DNA from: Desulfobulbaceae bacterium
Lineage (GTDB): Bacteria; Bacteroidota; Ignavibacteria; Kapaibacteriales; UBA2268
Assembly: GCA_018335795.1 (NCBI GenBank)
Contig: JAGXRP010000058.1
Coordinates: forward strand, 11,520 to 75,519
Reading direction: 5' to 3'
DNA length: 64,000 nt
A model generated the notes under the pieces. It made no database searches. It was given only the letters and a program-made list of their open reading frames with translations, and was not told where the DNA came from. A program made the position numbers and the translations under genes. The number at the start of each line of letters is the position of its first letter. Position 1 is the first letter of the stretch. Positions 41,285 to 51,741 of the stretch are shown piece by piece.

Positions 41285-42100
41285 TTATTTATGGATTCTT
41301 CGTATTTTTAGTACTTCCAAAAACATTTTGAGCGAATCCGTAATCGGATTCACTTTGCTTCGCTCATCATTGTACCACTCTACTGGCAATTCTTTAATCT
41401 TGAATTGAAATTTCGTGGCAAGGTATAAAATTTCAACATCGAACCCAAAGCCATCAATTTTCGTTAGTGGAAATATAGCTTGAACTGATAGTTTCGAAAA
41501 ACCTTTGAAACCGCATTGTGTATCGTTAATGCCTTTGAAAACGAGCATCTGGACTATTTTGTTAAAGGTTTTACCCATGAATTCACGGTAAAATGGCTGG
41601 TGTTTCCTAATCAAATCACTTTCGATGGCACGGCTGCCAATACAAACATCATAACCATTGCTTAGCTCGTTCAAAATTCTTGAAGTTTCATAAATCGGAG
41701 TTGATAAGTCGGCATCCGAAAATAGGCAATATTCCCCGTTTGCTTCAAGCATTCCACGTCGAACGGCCGCTCCCTTGCCCATATTTTGGGGTTGGCATAG
41801 CAATCTAACCTGCGGGAATTTAGCACAAATTTCAGTCGTCTTGTCATTTGAACCGTCATCAACCACGATTATTTCCGTTGAATAATCTTGTTCCGCAAAA
41901 TACTCAATAACCGTTTTTAGTGTCATCCCAATACGGTATTCCTCGTTGTAGGCCGGTATTACGAAACTTAAGTCAACGCTCATTTGGTTCTTTTCCATAT
42001 TAATATATATAAAAGGCAAATATAGTAATAATTTCTTGCTCGGTCTAAAAAATAAATATGGCTGTTCACGATATTCGTCAGAGAACAGCCACATCTTCAA
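41285..42100 (-). CDS. GT2 glycosyltransferase (dolichyl/polyprenyl-phosphate hexose synthase-like); likely start at internal Met (~41996)
   Basis: FVIPAYNEE, VVDDGSND, DADLSTP motifs. Confidence 0.75.
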   Translation of the reverse strand: MKMWLFSDEYREQPYLFFRPSKKLLLYLPFIYINMEKNQMSVDLSFVIPAYNEEYRIGMTLKTVIEYFAEQDYSTEIIVVDDGSNDKTTEICAKFPQVRLLCQPQNMGKGAAVRRGMLEANGEYCLFSDADLSTPIYETSRILNELSNGYDVCIGSRAIESDLIRKHQPFYREFMGKTFNKIVQMLVFKGINDTQCGFKGFSKLSVQAIFPLTKIDGFGFDVEILYLATKFQFKIKELPVEWYNDERSKVNPITDSLKMFLEVLKIRRIHK

Positions 42101-42115
42101 ATACTAAGCCTCAAA

Positions 42116-45100
42116 TCAAAAATCCAATAAGTCTGGTGTGCTGTCTGGAGTCCCTTGTTGCAATTCCATTAGTTTTGCTCTTAGGGCTTGGTTTCGATAT
42201 TGGTCTTCGATTTTATCCGGGGAAAGATTTTGAATCATCTTTTCCACAGTATCTATTGCGGCTTCTTTGCCTTTGTTGTCAAGCACATTTTTTACTGTCA
42301 TTTCATCGTTAAATCGGAATACTTCTATTAGATTGTAACGGATTTGGTCACGTTCTTGTTGGCTCAAATTAACGTCTCCTCTGGAAATAATACCTTCCAT
42401 GTATGCCCCAAGTCTATTCATAATCTCTATAGCATTATTGTACTCGCCTTTGAGTTCGTACATATAAGCTGCTGCTTGGTGTGGACCTATGCGTCGTCCA
42501 AGAGCTTCGAAATAGAAAACATTCGGATTTAGATATGGTTTGTTGATTAATTCCATCGAAGTAGCTATACACAAATCAGCATATTTGAAAGCTTGTTCTT
42601 TCTTTCCGGCTGTTTCGTACATTTTGGCTATACGCATTTCAAAATCTAGTTCCATTGGGAATTGTTCTGTCGAAATTAACTCGTCCATTTTGTCTAAGAT
42701 GGCGATAGCTTTTTCGGGTTGATTTTGATTTTGTAACATATAAGATGCATAAGTCAAATAGAGACTGCGATATGTATTCATCAATCTGCGATGCACTTCA
42801 TCATAATAGATACTCGGGTCATTCAAATTACGCATTTTGAATCCATATGCAAAATCAGTACTGTAATTATCACTATTGTCAACGTTCATCAAGCATTTTT
42901 CCATGACTTCTGTATCCATCGAAATTGAATTGCTTGCATTTTGGGGCACAGGGCAAATTCGCATCGCCATTCCTTCGTAACGGAAGAATGGTTCTAAACC
43001 TGAGTAAGCATCAGGACCCACTGTATTTGAGAAATAAACAGGACGTTCAAATCTTGTATTTTGCAAAATATTCAAAATAAGTTTGTCTTGGACTCTGAAA
43101 AGGAAAACTTCTTTGCCTTCCATTTGAGTGTAACTTTTGCCTGTCCATTTAAATCTGAAATGTCCATCTGCGAGAATTGCAGGGTCGTTAGTATATTTTT
43201 CGAGTATTTCACGTTTCACGGGAATTGCAACATTTATTGCCTCTCCAAAATCATACGACAGAGCTTTTGGGTCTGCTTCATCTTCAACCTGCAAACTATC
43301 GTCAGCAAAGGTTAATGGAATTTTTTCAGTTCCCCATGGTTGGCGGTTTTTCAATTGGTCAACGTACCATAATGTATTTCCAAGGCTAAGATTCACTACT
43401 CTAACATCACGACGCACACCAACAACATCTTGTATAAACCACAATGGGAATGTATCGTTATCGCCATTTGTAAATAAAATGGCATTTGGTTCAACGCTTT
43501 GCAAAATGTTGTAAGAATAATCAAATGGTAAATAATTTCCTGCACGACTATGAATTTTCCATCCGCCGATTGCCATATTGACCGGAACTAATAATAATGA
43601 GAGAATAAGCACGGGGACAGCAATGGCTGTAGTAATTTTGCTTTTGCCGAGCGATTCTTTCAAACTAAATGCTCCCATACCTATCCAAATACACCAGACA
43701 AAGAATGAGCCTGCATAGAAATAATCTCGTTCACGCGGTTGAGGGTCTTGTTGATTTTGGGCTAATGCCGTCAATACACCCATCAATAAAAACATTATAA
43801 GATAAACGAATGCCATTTTCGGGTCTTTCTTGAAATGGAACAGAAGACCGATTAGCCCGAATAGTAGCGGCAATGCAAAAAATCGAATAGGGAATTGGTC
43901 TGCATAGCCGGATTTGTAGTTCATCGTTTGAATGTCTTGGTCTGATTCGTTTGAGAACCATGCCGTTCGAGCGTCTTGAACGTCGCTCTTCCTACCTATG
44001 AAGTTCCAACCGAAATATCGCCAATACATATGATTCATCTGGTACTTTACCAAATAGTTGATTTCGCCCGATGAATTCACTTTTGTCCATTCATTTGTAC
44101 CTATTGCCGTTCCGTCTTTTCTGCGAGCTTCCCCTCTTGAAGGTGGAAACCATTCGCCGTAAATATAATTGCCTTGGTCGTCGCGGCTGGTGTAATTGCG
44201 AACAAACATATCGTCGGTTTGGTATCTACGAGGCCATGTCGGTGCGTCGCCATATTGTTCTCGACCAAGATACGAAGTCAATCTTGTCATATCTTTGGGT
44301 TCGTTTTCATTCATCGGTGGGTTAGCATTTGAGCGGAGCAATATTTGCGTATATGTAGAATACCCAAATATCATCAACAAAAATGCGCTTGCTACAAGAT
44401 TTAACCAATTTATTTTTTTCTTCCAACCGTAGAATAATGCATAAGCCGCAGCCACAACTGAGCCAATTGCTACTATTTGCAGGAATAACGAGTTCTCGAT
44501 TGCATATTCACGAGCTTGCGACCTTCCGGCTGTATGACCTGCTAAAAATGCCGGAATCCATTTTACAATGATAGGATAAATTAAGTAGAAGACTAATACT
44601 GCAATTACACCCATTAGTAGAAATGAGCCAATACTGAATTTGTACTTACGATAGTAAACTACCATTGCAATCGAGAATACCGTCAAAATACTGAGCAAGT
44701 GGACCCCGATTGATAGACCTATCAAATACGCTATCAGCAATAAGTATCGCTCGTTGCCGGGCTCGTTGTATTTCTCGTTCCAAATCATCATTAGCCAGAC
44801 GATAGCTGCCACAAATGTCAGAGACGTGGCATAAACTTCGGATTCGACGGAGTTGAACCACATCGTATCGCTGAAGGTCAAAGCGGCTGCAGCTAAGAAG
44901 GCAGAGCCGTAAACAGCTATAGCTTCGCCGATATTTTCTGCTTTTTTGTAGAAATTATTAATCACCTTTACAGTAATTAAATACATAAACAGTACTGTGA
45001 AAGCACTTGAAAATACTGCTGCAAGGTTGACTTTCCAGCCCGGGTCGCCAAAAGGAATCAAAGTATGGAATACATTGCCTATGAGCAAAAATGCAGGTGC

Positions 45101-45256
45101 TCCCGGAGGATGTGGAACTTGTTGCCAGATAGCAGCGGCAGAAAATTCACCGCAATCCCAAAATGGCACTGTCGGTTGTACTGTCATCAGATATACGATT
45201 GCTGCAAGTGTAAATGACGCAACCGCAAATATCCTGTGAAGGGTTTTCATATCCAT
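42116..45256 (-). CDS. DUF2723 polytopic membrane protein (GT-C-fold glycosyltransferase-like) with C-terminal TPR repeats
   Basis: 1046 aa; ~11 TM N-terminal half beginning VQPTVPFWDCGEF; C-terminal TPR-like helical repeats. Confidence 0.7.
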   Translation of the reverse strand: MDMKTLHRIFAVASFTLAAIVYLMTVQPTVPFWDCGEFSAAAIWQQVPHPPGAPAFLLIGNVFHTLIPFGDPGWKVNLAAVFSSAFTVLFMYLITVKVINNFYKKAENIGEAIAVYGSAFLAAAALTFSDTMWFNSVESEVYATSLTFVAAIVWLMMIWNEKYNEPGNERYLLLIAYLIGLSIGVHLLSILTVFSIAMVVYYRKYKFSIGSFLLMGVIAVLVFYLIYPIIVKWIPAFLAGHTAGRSQAREYAIENSLFLQIVAIGSVVAAAYALFYGWKKKINWLNLVASAFLLMIFGYSTYTQILLRSNANPPMNENEPKDMTRLTSYLGREQYGDAPTWPRRYQTDDMFVRNYTSRDDQGNYIYGEWFPPSRGEARRKDGTAIGTNEWTKVNSSGEINYLVKYQMNHMYWRYFGWNFIGRKSDVQDARTAWFSNESDQDIQTMNYKSGYADQFPIRFFALPLLFGLIGLLFHFKKDPKMAFVYLIMFLLMGVLTALAQNQQDPQPRERDYFYAGSFFVWCIWIGMGAFSLKESLGKSKITTAIAVPVLILSLLLVPVNMAIGGWKIHSRAGNYLPFDYSYNILQSVEPNAILFTNGDNDTFPLWFIQDVVGVRRDVRVVNLSLGNTLWYVDQLKNRQPWGTEKIPLTFADDSLQVEDEADPKALSYDFGEAINVAIPVKREILEKYTNDPAILADGHFRFKWTGKSYTQMEGKEVFLFRVQDKLILNILQNTRFERPVYFSNTVGPDAYSGLEPFFRYEGMAMRICPVPQNASNSISMDTEVMEKCLMNVDNSDNYSTDFAYGFKMRNLNDPSIYYDEVHRRLMNTYRSLYLTYASYMLQNQNQPEKAIAILDKMDELISTEQFPMELDFEMRIAKMYETAGKKEQAFKYADLCIATSMELINKPYLNPNVFYFEALGRRIGPHQAAAYMYELKGEYNNAIEIMNRLGAYMEGIISRGDVNLSQQERDQIRYNLIEVFRFNDEMTVKNVLDNKGKEAAIDTVEKMIQNLSPDKIEDQYRNQALRAKLMELQQGTPDSTPDLLDF

Positions 45257-45412
45257 CTAAAAATCCAAATTTATCGTTAAAAATTACTTTCTGTACAAAT
45301 ATGTAAAATCATAGACTTTAAATATAATTAATCTGTGTCTTATAGCAAAAGAGAATCGTAATTCTCACTTCTTTTTTCGTAAGATTTATACCATTCTAAC
45401 GTCATTATATTC

Positions 45413-46057
45413 ATGAAGATGTCAATATATATTATTTTCCTTGTTTTTGTGACTCTAAATTCGTGCAATGCCGAAAAAAACCCACAAAAAACTGAGGTTA
45501 AAGGTGGCAAAATGTCTTACGACAAATTAGATTCCGTAACTTTAGGCGGTGGATGCTTTTGGTGCGTCGAAGCTGTTTTCCAACGTCTTGATGGTGTAGA
45601 AAAAGTTATGTCGGGGTATTCAGGCGGTAAAATTGAAAACCCGACTTATAAACAAATCACCACAGGTACTACAGGTCATGCTGAAGTTATCAGAATATTC
45701 TATAATCCCGAAATTATCGGTTTCGAGGAATTACTCGAAGTATTTTGGATGACTCACGACCCAACCACTCTAAACAGACAGGGTGCAGATGTCGGTACTC
45801 AATATCGCTCTGTTATCTTTTATCATAATGAATCGCAGCAGGAAATTGCCGAAAGATACAAAAAGCAACTTAACGACGCTGAAACTTTCGATTCACCCAT
45901 TGTGACCGAAATTAGTCCCATGATAAATTTCTACGAAGCCGAAGATTATCACCAAAATTATTATAACGAAAATGGCAATCAACCATACTGCTCCTTTGTC
46001 ATTACACCAAAGATTCAGAAATTGGAAAAACTATTCAAGCACAAGCTAAAGGATTAG
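45413..46057 (+). CDS. msrA: Peptide methionine sulfoxide reductase MsrA (with signal/lipoprotein leader)
   Basis: GGGCFWCVEAVF active-site motif. Confidence 0.85.
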   Translation: MKMSIYIIFLVFVTLNSCNAEKNPQKTEVKGGKMSYDKLDSVTLGGGCFWCVEAVFQRLDGVEKVMSGYSGGKIENPTYKQITTGTTGHAEVIRIFYNPEIIGFEELLEVFWMTHDPTTLNRQGADVGTQYRSVIFYHNESQQEIAERYKKQLNDAETFDSPIVTEISPMINFYEAEDYHQNYYNENGNQPYCSFVITPKIQKLEKLFKHKLKD

Positions 46058-47655
46058 TCTTGATTGTTTAGGTTTGACTTCTTAAATTGAGATAGAATAT
46101 CTACACCAGTCGCATTTTCAATCATTTCGCTCAAGTTCACAACTGCTCCCGGAATTTGATTAACTACTCGAGACATTGGAGTCGAATCAGAATTGCCCGA
46201 GTCAATGATGCTGATTTTGTCAATCTTCACGTCTTTCACAGTGCTTACTAATTGGCTGATGATATCCGGCAACATATTGAGCATGAATATTTTATCGCCT
46301 TGTTCTTTTGCTGATAAATAAGCTGCAATTTTTTGGTTGATTACATGTATTGTTGCATCGCCATCAGCCAAAATGCTCGATGCTTTACCCTTTGCTTCCA
46401 ATTCCATAGCTTCCATCTTAGCTTTAGCAGGTTCTATAACATCTGCCATGAGTCTTTTTTTCTGGAGTATAATTCGTTCTTCTTCAAGCTCTTGCTCAAA
46501 TTTCACTTTCGCTTTGTGACCTGCGACAACGGCTTCTTGCTCTTTTACAACAGCAGTTTTTTCGAGTTCGGCTTTTTTGATACGATATTGATTGTTCTCT
46601 ATTTCGATTTGTTGGTCGGCTTGGGCACGTGTAATTTTAACATTTTGGTCAGTACTGATTTGAGCTTGTTCGATATTGAGTTTAGCACTTGCTCTCGCTT
46701 TTTCTGAGCGCTCGCGAGATAACGCTTCGGCTTCTTCAGAGGCTGCTTTCTTATTTGCTTCGGCAATGTAAATGTTTTGTGCGGTTAAAATCTGAGCTTG
46801 CTCAATTTCCAATTTCGCTTTTGCTTTCGCAATTTCGGCTCTTTCGCCACTTTGGGCTTGCGCTTCGAAAGTTACGGCATCTTTCATAGCTTGTGCAATT
46901 GCAATGTTTTGTTGCGACTCTATTTGAGCTTTTTCGATGTTTTGTTTGGCAATAGCTTTAGCTTTTTCGGAACGTTCCAATGAAGTGGCTTCGGCTTCGC
47001 TTGATTCTGCCATTTGTTCAGCTTCGATTTTCTTGGCACGAGCAATCACTTCTGCCGTTTTACCACGACCGATTGAATTCAAATAATCGTTATCATCAGA
47101 AATATTTGTGATTTTTAATGTGTCAAGTTGCAGACCAAGTTTTTGAAGGTCTATTTCGGCTTCGTCCATCAAACTTTCCGCAAATTTCAATCTATCTTCG
47201 TTGACTTCTTCCGGAGTCAGTGATGCCAATATTCCACGTAAGTTCCCTTCGAGAGTATCTTTGGCAATTGCATGAATTTCACTGTCACTGCGAGTCAAAA
47301 ATCTTTCGACAGCATTGCCGAATGCAGGTTCCGAAGAAGCGATTTTAATATTTGCAATTGCTTCTACACGCAAGGGGATACCGCCTTTTGAGTAGGCATT
47401 GCTAACTTGAAGTTCAATAGGAATTGTTTCGAGAGACATACGTGTTGCTTTTTCGAGCAATGGAATTTTGAAAGTTCTTCCGCCACGAATCGCCCGATAG
47501 CCTACAGTTTCGCCAGTTTCGATTTTACGTTTCCTGCCCGAAAGTATGATTACTTCGTTCGGGTGAGCAATTAACAGCATTCTGCTTATCATAAAAAGTA
47601 TTGTGACTATGGAAACTGCACCAATCGCAACTAAAGTTAAAATTAATTCAAGCAT
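46054..47655 (-). CDS. Flotillin-like SPFH/band-7 protein (YqiK-like) with long Ala/Glu-rich coiled coil
   Basis: N-terminal TM + SPFH domain; ~6 degenerate repeats of AxxEAEALSRERSEKAxAxAKxNIExAQI. Confidence 0.8.
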   Translation of the reverse strand: MLELILTLVAIGAVSIVTILFMISRMLLIAHPNEVIILSGRKRKIETGETVGYRAIRGGRTFKIPLLEKATRMSLETIPIELQVSNAYSKGGIPLRVEAIANIKIASSEPAFGNAVERFLTRSDSEIHAIAKDTLEGNLRGILASLTPEEVNEDRLKFAESLMDEAEIDLQKLGLQLDTLKITNISDDNDYLNSIGRGKTAEVIARAKKIEAEQMAESSEAEATSLERSEKAKAIAKQNIEKAQIESQQNIAIAQAMKDAVTFEAQAQSGERAEIAKAKAKLEIEQAQILTAQNIYIAEANKKAASEEAEALSRERSEKARASAKLNIEQAQISTDQNVKITRAQADQQIEIENNQYRIKKAELEKTAVVKEQEAVVAGHKAKVKFEQELEEERIILQKKRLMADVIEPAKAKMEAMELEAKGKASSILADGDATIHVINQKIAAYLSAKEQGDKIFMLNMLPDIISQLVSTVKDVKIDKISIIDSGNSDSTPMSRVVNQIPGAVVNLSEMIENATGVDILSQFKKSNLNNQD

Positions 47656-47673
47656 TGTTTATCCTTAAAATAT

Positions 47674-48255
47674 TTATAAATCTGATTTAGTGATTATCGC
47701 ATCATTGCCGGAGAAATCAATCACAAGGATTGTCTCGCCGATTTTCAATTCATCTTCATCTGAGGCTTCGGATACAATTGCAGTCAGTTCTATCGTCCCG
47801 GATGATGTGCTTATCAATACTTTTCCACGTTTATTTTTTGTAGCTGGCAATACTACTTTGCCTACTCTGCCGGCAAGGCTTCTGATAGAAATTGATTCAC
47901 CGGACTCTGAATTTTTGATATATTTCATAAAAGCAAATCCAAATCCGGCAGAAAACACGCCCATCGTCATTGACGACAGAAAAGTGACAATAGAGTTGGT
48001 GTCGAGCCAACTCAAAACTGAGCCGGTCAATCCGAAAAATGTCAGGAAGAAGATGATATTTCTGATACTAAAAAACTGAGCTGCTTCAGCCATCAAGCCG
48101 TGCGAGGGAATATCACCATGTCCCAAGTCACCGGTGTCATGGCTCAAATCCGTATCATGAGAGACATCCGACGAATCGCTGTCTGAACCCGAAAATAGGG
48201 TGAATCCGAGAAATATACCGCCAAATATCAAAGCTGCCAAGTATATTGCGAGCAT
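47674..48255 (-). CDS. NfeD-like membrane protein (YqiJ-like) with C-terminal OB-fold
   Basis: TM helices + C-terminal GRVGKVVLPATKNKRGKVLI...IGETILV beta-barrel motif; adjacent to flotillin. Confidence 0.65.
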   Translation of the reverse strand: MLAIYLAALIFGGIFLGFTLFSGSDSDSSDVSHDTDLSHDTGDLGHGDIPSHGLMAEAAQFFSIRNIIFFLTFFGLTGSVLSWLDTNSIVTFLSSMTMGVFSAGFGFAFMKYIKNSESGESISIRSLAGRVGKVVLPATKNKRGKVLISTSSGTIELTAIVSEASDEDELKIGETILVIDFSGNDAIITKSDL

Positions 48256-48308
48256 AAGTATTCAACCGATTGTTTTTTTATAATTGCTAATTTAAGAAAA
48301 AAAATGAT

Positions 48309-48599
48309 TTATCCGACATAATGAGATATAAATTCTTTTAATTCTGCAAGAGGACTAATGTCATCGCCCTCTGGTAAAATGACCATAAAGTGGTCGTCAC
48401 TTTCGTTGCCCTTCATGGTGTATTTTCCACGTACTATTACTCTGAATGCAGGTTTGTTCATTTCTGTGATATACACGAGTTTGCCTAATTTTGCCAAATA
48501 ATCAATAAAATTCTTGTTGATTGTATCGTTCAAATAAGCTGAATGAACGTTGCGACCTTCGAGGCACCCTTCCTCATATTCAAAATACATTACTTTCAT
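48309..48599 (-). CDS. Hypothetical 96-aa protein, translationally coupled to upstream class-V aminotransferase
   Basis: ORF overlaps upstream gene stop by 4 nt; no recognised motif. Confidence 0.4.
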   Translation of the reverse strand: MKVMYFEYEEGCLEGRNVHSAYLNDTINKNFIDYLAKLGKLVYITEMNKPAFRVIVRGKYTMKGNESDDHFMVILPEGDDISPLAELKEFISHYVG

Positions 48600-49795
48600 A
48601 TCAATTTTTCTTCGTTATAGGCAATAGCTTTAATTGCATTGATTGTATAATCAACCTCTTCATCGGTTGTGAAATAGGATGGGCTGATTCTGACTGCTCC
48701 GAGAGGCTCAGTTCCGATATATTTTCGTATAACGGGTGAACACATCAAGCCGGACCGTGCGATTATATCATAATTTGTCTCGAGCCAGTAATGCGTTTCT
48801 TCCGGTGGCAATTGTCCGATATTAAAACTCAAAAGTGTGCCACTATTGTTTATGCTCGAATAATACAGCCTTATTCCGCGATAGCCTGAAATGGAATCAA
48901 CGATTTTTTTGATTATAGTATCTTTTCTTTCGTGAATTTTATCAATTCCGGTAGCCATTATCCACTCAATTCCCGCATTTAGCGATATAATCCCGGGAAT
49001 GTTCAGTGTACCGGATTCGTACTTATATGGTAGCTCATGTGGTTGGCTCAGCGAATCGCTCTTGAATCCTGTTCCGCCAAATTTGAGAGGCTCGGGATTT
49101 TGGTCTTTCCGTATGAACAATCCGCCGCACCCTTGCAAACCATACAATGATTTATGACCTGTAAATGCAAAATAGTGGCAGTTCAATTTCTGCAAGTCAA
49201 TTGGGATTACACCAGCTGTTTGCGAGCCGTCTATAACTAAGATGCAATCATGTCGTTCGGCAATTTCCGAGATAGCTTGAATATCAGTCATTGCACCGGT
49301 GATATTGGAGCAATGATTGATGGCAATCATGTTTGTGTCTGCTTTGATAGCTTTTTCTATATCATTAAGCGAAACATTTCCAAACTCATCACAAGCAACA
49401 ATTGTTAATTCAATTCCATAAACTTGCTTAAGCTTGTCTAAAGGTCTATATACTGAATTATGCTCGATAGCTGTAGTCACAATGTGGCATTTTTCTTTAA
49501 TTGAGCCGAGAATTGCCAAATTTAGTGCTTCTGTGCTGCCAGATGTAAATACGAGATTATGTGATTCCGAGCCGTTGAAGAAATCTGAAATCAGTTTCCT
49601 TGTGCTACTTACAATCGAGCCTTTGCTTTTGTCTATACCACTTCTGCCGTAATTTCCGGGTAATGCTTGCAAATGTTCATTAATTGCATTTGTCACCTCA
49701 AGTGGCTTTGGAAAACTAGTCGAACCGTTATTAAGATAGATTTTCATATGTGTCTTTGTTACTATTATACCAAAATACGATATTTTATTGGACAT
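48596..49795 (-). CDS. Class-V aminotransferase (cysteine desulfurase/selenocysteine lyase-like); probable start at internal Met17
   Basis: PLP-Lys motif FTGHKSLYGLQGCGGLFI; candidate catalytic Cys in ARSGLMCSP. Confidence 0.75.
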   Translation of the reverse strand: MSNKISYFGIIVTKTHMKIYLNNGSTSFPKPLEVTNAINEHLQALPGNYGRSGIDKSKGSIVSSTRKLISDFFNGSESHNLVFTSGSTEALNLAILGSIKEKCHIVTTAIEHNSVYRPLDKLKQVYGIELTIVACDEFGNVSLNDIEKAIKADTNMIAINHCSNITGAMTDIQAISEIAERHDCILVIDGSQTAGVIPIDLQKLNCHYFAFTGHKSLYGLQGCGGLFIRKDQNPEPLKFGGTGFKSDSLSQPHELPYKYESGTLNIPGIISLNAGIEWIMATGIDKIHERKDTIIKKIVDSISGYRGIRLYYSSINNSGTLLSFNIGQLPPEETHYWLETNYDIIARSGLMCSPVIRKYIGTEPLGAVRISPSYFTTDEEVDYTINAIKAIAYNEEKLI

Positions 49796-49858
49796 GATTT
49801 AGATAATTTTATTATTTTGGCACGGTAATTACGGCTCATACGTTAAAACAAAATATAT

Positions 49859-50863
49859 ATGGAAAATTCTAAAACAGACAGGCAATTATATTACAAATTA
49901 ACTGACCACAACCTTGGTCAGTATTTGATATTTTTGATAATATTTTCAATCATTCAATTCTTTGCTTTCCATGGAACTTTGAAAATAATGGAAGAAAATG
50001 TAATAGAAAAATATCTCGAAGGAAAAGTTTATAATTCTGGTCAGCCTATTAGTATCTTGAAAGATAGCCGTAGCACCGATAAAACTACATCTTACTATTC
50101 TTCTTGGGCAATTGATATATATATTGGCACTCCACAAGAATCGCGATATTGGTTCAACCCGACTTTATCGCTAATTTTACCAATCTCCTTATTTTCAGTA
50201 TGGGTCACTTTGATAATCTCTTCATTTATGCCGACAAGTTTAGGGCTAATTCGGCATAAAATTGAGCGAGAAATCATTCACGTACTTGATACTATTCACT
50301 ATAAAATCCATGGTTTTTATTCAACTGATGAAAACCGAGAATTGATGAATGAAATAAAAACCGCAGATACTCGAGCAGCGCATGATTTTGCCGAAAGGTG
50401 GAATATTCTTCACGAAGATATTGCTTCGCTCCAAAAAGTATTGTTTTGGTTGCATGGAAGTCTAAGTTACAAATTATTTCACCCATGGAGCGGACTTAAA
50501 TTCTACCTCAGATTTTATTTTACTGAAAAATATAGTAATGTAATTTTAGGCTTAGTATATATTGGTGCAGCAGTACTGATCATTATAATTGGTATGAGAG
50601 GGCTAAAATTCATTCCTTCGACTCAGCCTTCGCTTGTTTTTTTCGCTCTCGGGCTGGAATTTTCCGTTTTGCTAACATACGCATTTTCGGTCATGTACAG
50701 CAGAAGCGATAACGAGACCGAACAAGATAAGAACAAAGAGAATCATTATTCCGGCAACTATATACTATCGGACGAATTTGGCAATTCGAAGGAAATTGAA
50801 AATTTGCTCCGAGCTTATATTAGGTCGCCGAAACCCGAAAAAATATCAGAAAAAAGAGAATAG
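49859..50863 (+). CDS. Hypothetical integral membrane protein
   Basis: Multiple hydrophobic segments; no motifs. Confidence 0.4.
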   Translation: MENSKTDRQLYYKLTDHNLGQYLIFLIIFSIIQFFAFHGTLKIMEENVIEKYLEGKVYNSGQPISILKDSRSTDKTTSYYSSWAIDIYIGTPQESRYWFNPTLSLILPISLFSVWVTLIISSFMPTSLGLIRHKIEREIIHVLDTIHYKIHGFYSTDENRELMNEIKTADTRAAHDFAERWNILHEDIASLQKVLFWLHGSLSYKLFHPWSGLKFYLRFYFTEKYSNVILGLVYIGAAVLIIIIGMRGLKFIPSTQPSLVFFALGLEFSVLLTYAFSVMYSRSDNETEQDKNKENHYSGNYILSDEFGNSKEIENLLRAYIRSPKPEKISEKRE

Positions 50864-50872
50864 GCATTATAT

Positions 50873-51619
50873 ATGACAGACCAATTCCCCGGTGATTATG
50901 ATTGCATGGTTATCGGTGCGCATCCTGACGATGCAGAGTTATGTTGTGGCGGCACAATTGCCAAGATGACATCGGAAGGTAAAAAAGTTGTACTTGTGGA
51001 TTGCACTAAAGGTGAAATGGGTACTCGCGGCAGTGATGAACTACGTCTTCGCGAGGCTCAAGATGCGGCTAAGATACTCGGCGTCTATAACAGAATCAAT
51101 CTCGGATTTCGCGACGGATTCATAAAGATTGATGAAGAGCATCTTTACGCTATGGTTAAAACTATTCGGAAGTATCGTCCTAAAATTATTCTTGTGCACC
51201 CTTGGTTCGAACGGCATCCCGACCACGAAAATATGCACAGACTATTTCGTGATGCAATGTTCAAAAGTGGCTTACGCAAATTCGCAACTGAAGATGAAGG
51301 CAATGTGCAGGAAATTTTCCGTACTCGCCGAATTTTTTGCTACCAACAAGCCTATCAATTACCGCGTCTGCCAGACTTTTTCGTGGACATTTCTGATGTT
51401 CATGAGATTAAAATTCAGGCTATAAAAGCGTTTTCGTCACAGGTGTTTGTGCCCGGACAGTACGAAAACGAACCACGAACACGATTATCAAGCCCAGAAT
51501 TTATGGAGGAATTAATCGCCCGTGCTCGATATTTCGGTGGATTATGCGGAGTAAAATATGCCGAACCTTTCGTATCGGTAGAGCCGATTCTTCTCCGAAG
51601 TATGTCACGCTTTTTGTGA
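50873..51619 (+). CDS. bshB1: PIG-L/LmbE-family deacetylase, BshB1-like (bacillithiol biosynthesis N-acetylglucosaminylmalate deacetylase)
   Basis: VIGAHPDDAELCCGGTIAK...DCTKGEMGTRG matches BshB1 N-terminal metal-binding motif. Confidence 0.6.
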   Translation: MTDQFPGDYDCMVIGAHPDDAELCCGGTIAKMTSEGKKVVLVDCTKGEMGTRGSDELRLREAQDAAKILGVYNRINLGFRDGFIKIDEEHLYAMVKTIRKYRPKIILVHPWFERHPDHENMHRLFRDAMFKSGLRKFATEDEGNVQEIFRTRRIFCYQQAYQLPRLPDFFVDISDVHEIKIQAIKAFSSQVFVPGQYENEPRTRLSSPEFMEELIARARYFGGLCGVKYAEPFVSVEPILLRSMSRFL

Positions 51620-51741
51620 GAGCAGTTAATAAGCAGTTGTTAAGTAATTCTTAATAACTGAATCAATACCATTTCCCGACAAAAGATTTAAAATAGCAAT
51701 CTCTTTTTTTTACATTTCTAAATGTTTTAATAATCCCTCCC

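Noticed and set aside
46333-46983. Plus-strand ORFs antisense to the flotillin gene
   Set aside because: They are products of the low-complexity Ala/Glu coiled-coil coding repeats read on the opposite strand.
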